Made by a program: the position numbers and the translations under genes. From a virus (taxonomy: Duplodnaviria; Caudoviricetes), in IMG/VR virus record IMGVR_UViG_3300008085_000084, positions 1 to 32,644 of that record: DNA of 32,644 nucleotides. One strand, written 5' to 3'. Position 1 is the first letter of the stretch; every line of letters starts with the position of its first letter. The notes beneath the pieces were generated by a model, which was given only the letters and a program-made list of their open reading frames with translations, was not told the DNA's origin and did no database searches. This document shows, in pieces, positions 27,101 through 32,644 of the stretch.

Positions 27101-27858
27101 GCTTTAATTTGAATGTTAGTTAATGTTTGTTTTATATCTTCATTTTTTAATTGTTTAGCATTAAAAAATTTATTCTTAGTGTAATCTAATGTGGATACAT
27201 TTAACCAAAAATTAATTAGTTGTGTTATATACTCATAAGCATATTTACCAGATTCAAGTAACTCTTCAGCTTCACTTAAATCTTTATTTGCTTCTATGAT
27301 TACATTTTCAAAATTGTATTCATCTTCTGTAGAAGGTATGCTATCAATTAAAGCCTGTTTTCTTTTTTTTAGAGACTCGATTTCATTAACTAATCTACCA
27401 CGTTTAATAGACTCTGTTTCATTAGCTAATTTATCATACAATTGAGAAATATATTTACTCAAACCAGCTATTTTAAATTGATAATTAGAATGAATTAGTT
27501 TAGATGCTATTACTATATCTTTAATATCATCCATATATGGAGATGTTAAAGGATTACTTTGTAACGTATCTTTATTCTTATAAAAATACAATACATCTTT
27601 TACAGATGGTTTCTTAAATTTCTTTTTACCAATTTCTATGATTTTAAACTCTTTCCCTTCACCTCTCTCCCCTAACAGCCAATTACCAAACCATTTAATA
27701 AAATCGTTTGTTTTAATGATGTTATAGGTTTCTACTAACATCTCTCTTTGTTCATCTTTACTAAGATTAGGATATTCTTTTAATATTTCATTTTGAAGAG
27801 TTACCCAATATTGTAATTCTTCAGGTTTTTCAGGATATAGTGTACATTTATTAGCCAT
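24109..27858 (-). CDS. large virion (ejection/cargo) protein of the crAss-type RNAP block
   Basis: 1249 aa, helical-looking, last gene downstream of the vRNAP; F.KWFG.W near the N-terminus, HGNY...QFRKW, and a hydrophobic segment followed by DDDDEDD near the C-terminus. Confidence 0.7.
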   Translation of the reverse strand: MANKCTLYPEKPEELQYWVTLQNEILKEYPNLSKDEQREMLVETYNIIKTNDFIKWFGNWLLGERGEGKEFKIIEIGKKKFKKPSVKDVLYFYKNKDTLQSNPLTSPYMDDIKDIVIASKLIHSNYQFKIAGLSKYISQLYDKLANETESIKRGRLVNEIESLKKRKQALIDSIPSTEDEYNFENVIIEANKDLSEAEELLESGKYAYEYITQLINFWLNVSTLDYTKNKFFNAKQLKNEDIKQTLTNIQIKAYTLKNELVLQNESKLEQFVEKQTGVFESISDLIKAIKDVGLVAAKTLDISRLTDNKIVGAIFNAVKLMRIKARKEAIKIAEQIDALSVASNRKLKELGLDQSIFFSKDSAGNFTGRLLHYVNDSYYKWLSEMVQTRNWTELEDKTTTIDVTYFDDVDENIPQEFIENVNISDQAKLAIYNRLLKVTGNKYILDKELSSAKKKIRNYIDKRSIEWENINSNDKLDDKAKARLFKHWISKNSPYEKLKQKNKDKTSEAYHYIHRIPKREVNKVSTGFYNANYETILNNKELFDYFTFIRKQINQLKYMIPYEERDHTDSFSIPFMEKDFLEKFKDTPSSDVLYDEWIKAFSTPSPSTEVGNKVNIATDAITKKLSSKTVSINQMIEIHLYNLEKEHKLLNPLYNPEEYPNNKLIRENLLNRAKKEVLGKQSFDLSQITKILALNTMMYKYKSKIETDIRIAVDQFQRVRELDTNVIGQVNTSNGIQLDKDTLTRINEALDFFLNKTFYDESYKQEAVSKSKVLSTENKQKKIEYEDMLVQLELNKRKLGKDLYEKNKLEILSLIDNLGSNITGSKIGDFSLKYLRWLTMGWNTAAGVANVMFGKVANYVHSADERAYSQTQLKDAEIIIFKSLKDKDLRTKITKLMKELDVLKKSSEELFKDTTGEFFNRVGMGELSRKLKFLSPYALQNGGEYLNQAPVMIAMMMNKEVKSGISLWEALDESGNIKQEHKDIEQEWIDTNQANEFDRFKIALDQKIKNVHGNYDPDSVIQITNTFIGRSVSQFRKWMFEGFAIRMEIEHFDPALGYRVKGHYRSMKDIFASMPKNDIGGHAKHLINLFSVAYKLKFGSMTMNEAETNTGLSELDIIGLRKSINELEILITTMLLLVLLGKDDDDEDDSFFINFIYNEGLRLKTDILFYSNPTEFMTLVQNPTILFGFYEKIVRFTSDVYNITFGDMEDELQSGPFKETSRTVRNIFDLIPGTAQYNKLVRMSYKQRE

Positions 27859-27862
27859 AATG

Positions 27863-28306
27863 TTATTTACAAATTATTTCTTGAGGTTCATCAGTTAGTT
27901 TACCAGTAAACCAATCTTGTTCATGTAATTTTTTCATATTGTTATCATAGAATTTAATTCTTGGTGCTTTTTGATACAACGCTTTAATATCAATTATAGC
28001 ACCTATATCATAAGATTCATATTTAGCATTTAATTGTTTAGCAATTCTTTCTACAGTAGCTAAATTATTGTTATTACTTAAATCCATTAACTTACCCATT
28101 TTAATAGGTATAGTAGATTCTGCTTGAATATATCTATAAATCATACTTCTAAATGGATTTTCATCTATAGTTTTACCTATTTGTTCTTCTTGAAATTGAG
28201 AATTATATAATTCTTGACTTAAATTATTATATTCATTAGCCATAAAATTGAGTAATTCTTGTTTAGTTTTAAACTGTTGATTTTTATATTGATATATACA
28301 AGCCAT
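27863..28306 (-). CDS. small putative virion protein with N- and C-terminal cysteines
   Basis: 147 aa, MACIYQYKNQQF ... QEIICK; tightly packed in the operon. Confidence 0.7.
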   Translation of the reverse strand: MACIYQYKNQQFKTKQELLNFMANEYNNLSQELYNSQFQEEQIGKTIDENPFRSMIYRYIQAESTIPIKMGKLMDLSNNNNLATVERIAKQLNAKYESYDIGAIIDIKALYQKAPRIKFYDNNMKKLHEQDWFTGKLTDEPQEIICK

Positions 28307-28307
28307 G

Positions 28308-28508
28308 TTAATTCATCTCCTCAGATTCAGCATAATCACTCATTGTAGGTAACGATTCAACTAATGAATCAATACAAGTATGACAACCTTCATTTAATTT
28401 TTGTTTAACCCATTCACGTTTATTAGCTGGAATAATAACATGGTCTCCATGATTATTCTTAAGTATGAGTTCGTTTTTTTCAGCTTCTATATTTAATTGT
28501 TTATTCAT
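28308..28508 (-). CDS. small CxxC (CHTC) protein
   Basis: 66 aa; overlaps the vRNAP stop; IEAEKNELIL and GCHTCIDSLV. Confidence 0.65.
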   Translation of the reverse strand: MNKQLNIEAEKNELILKNNHGDHVIIPANKREWVKQKLNEGCHTCIDSLVESLPTMSDYAESEEMN

Positions 28509-31500
28509 TTGTATTAATTCCTGTAATTACTAATCCTTTTTCAGCTTTAATTATACTATCTCCATTTTTAATAGAAACACCATTAGTACCAATAGATACA
28601 TCTACTCCACCTTTTTCATGTGTAGGAAAATTCTTTAGGTCTTTTACTAATTCCCATTTACCACCACGATGAAAATTAGTTTTACCACCAAACTTAGCAC
28701 ATAGTTTACCTGTTTCTTCATCTACATATTGAATTTCACCATCTTTAATCAATTCATTGAACATTCTTTCAAATATAGATTCTTCTTCAAAAGAAGGAGA
28801 TAAATAAAATCCATCTTCATTTGCTTCTCCTAAATCTTGTTTTTGTAATTCTTTTATTTTATCAATAAAATTATCAAGAGATTGATTTCCAATAACTTTA
28901 CCTTCATCTTCTTCATAATTAACAGTTGAATCATCAAATTCTTTTTCTTCAATTTTAGATGTTTTTTCATTTAAAAAAACATTATTAAAATCTTGATCCC
29001 CTTCTCCATTTGGTATATCATTTTCTCCAGTATAATCAGGAAGAGGTTCATTACTTACATATTCTTCAATATCAATATCTGGTTCTTTATGTGAATTTTC
29101 ATCTACTTCATACGCTTCTGTATAACCAAATGGAGACTCTTGTAAAACACCAAATATAGATTCTATGTAAGCAGAATAAAGTTTATTATCAAATTTAAAT
29201 CCCATTGCAGAAAGAATATCTTTAATAACTTGTTTAAATCTACTAAATAAAGATAGTTTTCTATAAGTAGTTTCTTTCATTATTCGAATTAATTTATCAT
29301 GTGCTGCTTGATTTGAATCATCAGTACGAAATAATCTAAATAATTCTTTTGGATTACCTACTGTATGGTTTAATACTTTTATATCTTGTTCAGTAAAGAC
29401 ATTATCTTTGTTTTGTTGAACAATATCTTTTAATATACTTTGTATAGTAAGTAATTGTTTTACATAAATAGATGCGTTATCACCAAGATTAATTTGTTCA
29501 GTTATATATTTAGAAGTAACATAATGTAATGTTTCTTCTAATAAAACTTGAATCAATTTATTAATGTCTTTTGTTAATTCTTTATCAATTTTTATAATAT
29601 TACTCTTAGGATAATAAGCTCCTTCAGCTCTTTTTTCTTCTCCTTCTTTATTTTTTACTATTAAATTATCTACAAATTCAATTTTAATTTTAGATAGATT
29701 TAATGTAGCTAATGTACTAACTAATCCTTTTTGTAATTTATCATTACTATTATTAAGTATATAAGCAAATGCATTATGAATAGAATCATCAATAAACTCT
29801 TCTTTATCATTCATTATACCTACAAGTTGTGCAGGATGTCCGTACTGAGTAGCTCTTTGGTCAATTATTCTTTCTTGTGTATTTTTAGCATTATTAGCAA
29901 ATAAATAAGAAAATTCATTATCTCTTGTTTTATTGTATTCAGAATAATGTTTAGAACCAGCAGTAGATATTCTTCTATAAACAAAACTTTCACTCTTTTT
30001 ATTAGGGTTTTCATCAGAAAGAAGTTTAACAAACTCATATAATCTTGTACGAGAAGGAGCTTTTCTATCATATTCATAGATATATTTGTTTGTTATAACA
30101 GTATTTTGTTTATCATAACTGTGATATGTACCAACATCTTCACCATCTCTATTATCAATTGGAGATATTAAAACAATATAATCTTCTTCAGATAAAGGGT
30201 TTTCTAAATTATTATAAACACCTCTTGTTATAGAACCTTTATGTTTACTATTAATAGATGTTGCTAGACTAGCATTATTTCTAAGTAATTGTTTAAAGAA
30301 TATTTCTTGTTCTTTTTTAAAATCACCAGATTTTAAATCTTTAAATGCTTTTTTAAGAACATTATTTATACCTAACATATTATATATTTCCATAGGTATA
30401 TGTTTATGATAACTTATTCCACCACCAGGATTACCTCTTAATAATTCTGTTTTGATTAAATCTAACATTAACATCTTAGGAGTATATTGTTCAGATTTAG
30501 TTTTAAATTCTCCTTTTTCTACAACTTGATGATTAAATGTACCTATGATAGTTTCATCATCCATTAACAACTCTATAATTGAAGAAACATAATTCATTTC
30601 TGAACCTGTTGTTTGACGTAATCCTCTAAATGTTACATTTGCAGGTTTTTCACCCATTTGCATATTAGCATTTAGTTCAGATAAGAAAGTATTGTTTTTA
30701 ATACTAGGATGTTTTTGTGCTTCTAAAACAATAGCAGCAATAGAATGTTGTTTAACACCAGTTTTTGTTACAATATCTTTAAATAATTTATTACGTTCTT
30801 TTGTTGGATTTTCAATAAAACCAGGTATGTAGGACAGGTGATAAGCGTATAATTCTTTAACAACTAGTTTACGAAGATTAGATTTTTTTTGTGTGCTATT
30901 AGGTTTAATAGTATCAAAAATAACTTTCATTAAATCATTTAATTCATCATAAGGAAAGAAATCTTTATAAATCTCTGTTGAAAAATCAACACTATGGTGA
31001 GAAGCTAATCCTTTTAATCCTTCATTTAATTTTTCAATACCATCAATAGTAAAGAATGGTTTTTCAGTAGTTAAAAATTCTTCTTTTAATGCATTAATTT
31101 CAATAGAATCAGTAATAGTTAATCCAGAACCTTTAGAATCAGCATTAAATGCTTTAGCTAAATTCATTATTTGTGTACCAATTTCATTCAATTCTGAAAT
31201 CCATTGTAGCAATACTACATCAACTACATCTGGTTTAACTTTTTGATTACTGTATTTACCTCTTTGTGTAAGAGGATCTATAGTTGATAATTCAAATAAA
31301 TTGTTTTCATCAAATTCATCATTAATGATTTGTTTAGCTTCTTTTAATTTTTCACTAGTAAATTCAGTTTTACTAAGTCCACTTTTATCTTTAATGTCTT
31401 CTATTAGTTGTTTAGCTACATAATTAAGATATTTACCATCACCAAACTCACCTTTAGATTTAGCTGTTAATTCAAATAACTCTTTAATTCTAGGATGATT

Positions 31501-32644
31501 AATTAAATAAATGATTGTTTCAACATTTGCTCCCATAGCAGTTAATGCTTGTATAGTAGCAAAAGATTCATTAGATATATTGAATGTATCTAATAATTGA
31601 TCGTTAGCATTATCTACAGAAGCATTTTGAAACTCACCATTTACTCTAAGTTTTAAATCATTATTATAATTACGAGGATTAGAAATATCATTAGATAATT
31701 TAAGATGTTTAAATCCAATATTATATGTTTTATTTAATTGAGTACCAGTTCCTTCTAATTGAGCTAACAATACTGAAAATGCACTAAATGCACCAATTCC
31801 AGTCTTACCGTCTTTCCCACCAAGATATTTGTCTTTTTGGTACATATCACTAATAAATATATCTTCGTATACTTTTTTATCAGGAAGAATAAATTCTGTT
31901 TTAACATTAGAATCAGTTATAGAATTTCTCATTCTTTTAAGTACAGTAGCATCAGTAGGTTTAATCATCTCTTTTACTACTTCTTTATGAGATAAAACTG
32001 TAAAGTAAATTTGATTTAACTCATTTTGTAAATAAGCTTTCTTTTCTTTACGGAATTTATATTTAACTGAAGCAAGTTCTTTATTATATGTTGTAGCTTT
32101 ATAAGGTTTTTCAGTATAATCAGGATTATTCTTTTTTCTTTTTGTTATACGTTCTTGTTGATTAGCAATTGCTATTTGATTATCAATAAATTTCTTTCTT
32201 GCTATTTTATCAAATAATGCTAATTCATCATTATAACCTAAATTAAAATCACTTATTTCAAACGTAGGTTTAAATTTAACTAAAGCTTTTTTGTAGTATT
32301 TATCATTTTTATAAATAACACCTTGTGATTTTAATCTTTCATGATATTGTTTTTTAGTTAAAGGTTGCAAGTCATTAAATTCTTCATAATAATCTTTAAA
32401 CTCTTGTTCTGATTTATTATCTACTATTAATTCAGTTTGATACTCATTAAGAACAGAATATAATTTATCAATATCAAAGTCAGAACCCATTTGCATAATA
32501 AAAGCTGAAGCAGCATATACAATATCTCCTTCTGTTTCAGGTAAAAATCCTACAATTTCAACCATGGACATCGAAGAATGTAATTGAGTAGGAATACGTA
32601 CTGAGTAACCTTTAAGCAATTCTGAGTCAAATCTGGAAGTATCT
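28501..32644 (-). CDS. virion-packaged DNA-dependent RNA polymerase (crAss-type, C-terminal part; gene begins beyond window)
   Basis: RIPTQ..SSM and GSDFDIDKL (DFDID at 32467-32481), plus ASVDNA.D; frame stays open to base 32643; zincin-like region near 29.5 kb. Confidence 0.9.
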   Translation of the reverse strand, partial: DTSRFDSELLKGYSVRIPTQLHSSMSMVEIVGFLPETEGDIVYAASAFIMQMGSDFDIDKLYSVLNEYQTELIVDNKSEQEFKDYYEEFNDLQPLTKKQYHERLKSQGVIYKNDKYYKKALVKFKPTFEISDFNLGYNDELALFDKIARKKFIDNQIAIANQQERITKRKKNNPDYTEKPYKATTYNKELASVKYKFRKEKKAYLQNELNQIYFTVLSHKEVVKEMIKPTDATVLKRMRNSITDSNVKTEFILPDKKVYEDIFISDMYQKDKYLGGKDGKTGIGAFSAFSVLLAQLEGTGTQLNKTYNIGFKHLKLSNDISNPRNYNNDLKLRVNGEFQNASVDNANDQLLDTFNISNESFATIQALTAMGANVETIIYLINHPRIKELFELTAKSKGEFGDGKYLNYVAKQLIEDIKDKSGLSKTEFTSEKLKEAKQIINDEFDENNLFELSTIDPLTQRGKYSNQKVKPDVVDVVLLQWISELNEIGTQIMNLAKAFNADSKGSGLTITDSIEINALKEEFLTTEKPFFTIDGIEKLNEGLKGLASHHSVDFSTEIYKDFFPYDELNDLMKVIFDTIKPNSTQKKSNLRKLVVKELYAYHLSYIPGFIENPTKERNKLFKDIVTKTGVKQHSIAAIVLEAQKHPSIKNNTFLSELNANMQMGEKPANVTFRGLRQTTGSEMNYVSSIIELLMDDETIIGTFNHQVVEKGEFKTKSEQYTPKMLMLDLIKTELLRGNPGGGISYHKHIPMEIYNMLGINNVLKKAFKDLKSGDFKKEQEIFFKQLLRNNASLATSINSKHKGSITRGVYNNLENPLSEEDYIVLISPIDNRDGEDVGTYHSYDKQNTVITNKYIYEYDRKAPSRTRLYEFVKLLSDENPNKKSESFVYRRISTAGSKHYSEYNKTRDNEFSYLFANNAKNTQERIIDQRATQYGHPAQLVGIMNDKEEFIDDSIHNAFAYILNNSNDKLQKGLVSTLATLNLSKIKIEFVDNLIVKNKEGEEKRAEGAYYPKSNIIKIDKELTKDINKLIQVLLEETLHYVTSKYITEQINLGDNASIYVKQLLTIQSILKDIVQQNKDNVFTEQDIKVLNHTVGNPKELFRLFRTDDSNQAAHDKLIRIMKETTYRKLSLFSRFKQVIKDILSAMGFKFDNKLYSAYIESIFGVLQESPFGYTEAYEVDENSHKEPDIDIEEYVSNEPLPDYTGENDIPNGEGDQDFNNVFLNEKTSKIEEKEFDDSTVNYEEDEGKVIGNQSLDNFIDKIKELQKQDLGEANEDGFYLSPSFEEESIFERMFNELIKDGEIQYVDEETGKLCAKFGGKTNFHRGGKWELVKDLKNFPTHEKGGVDVSIGTNGVSIKNGDSIIKAEKGLVITGINTNE

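Noticed and set aside
29865-30077. Plus-strand 70-aa ORF
   Set aside because: Antisense shadow within the vRNAP gene.

Overview
A very AT-rich phage genome segment with the gene set of a crAss-like (Crassvirales) Bacteroidota phage, using the standard genetic code. The + strand (1-24033) carries a replication and nucleotide-metabolism module: dNMP kinase, RNase H, family B DNA polymerase, SF2 helicase, replication initiator-like protein, DnaB, AAA ATPase, SSB-like protein, primase, RusA-like and PD-(D/E)xK nucleases, a divergent uracil-DNA glycosylase, rIIA/rIIB, dCTP deaminase, a DEDDh exonuclease and ThyX split by an HNH-containing intein. It converges at a bidirectional terminator (~24042-24073) with the - strand block of large virion-ejected proteins, including the C-terminal part of the DFDID-type virion RNA polymerase, which runs off the window end. 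Two observations stand out. (1) At ~18.75-20.47 kb there is an integrase-less, integron-like cassette array: small genes, mostly Zn-finger (including a Lar-like pseudogene), bounded by complementary GTT.../...AAC ends and separated by 133-bp attC-like structured elements that also supply start codons. (2) The otherwise cysteine-free ejection proteins carry cysteines only at or near their termini, next to a small CxxC protein, suggesting a disulfide-linked cargo chain. All calls come from reading motifs by eye; no searches were run.
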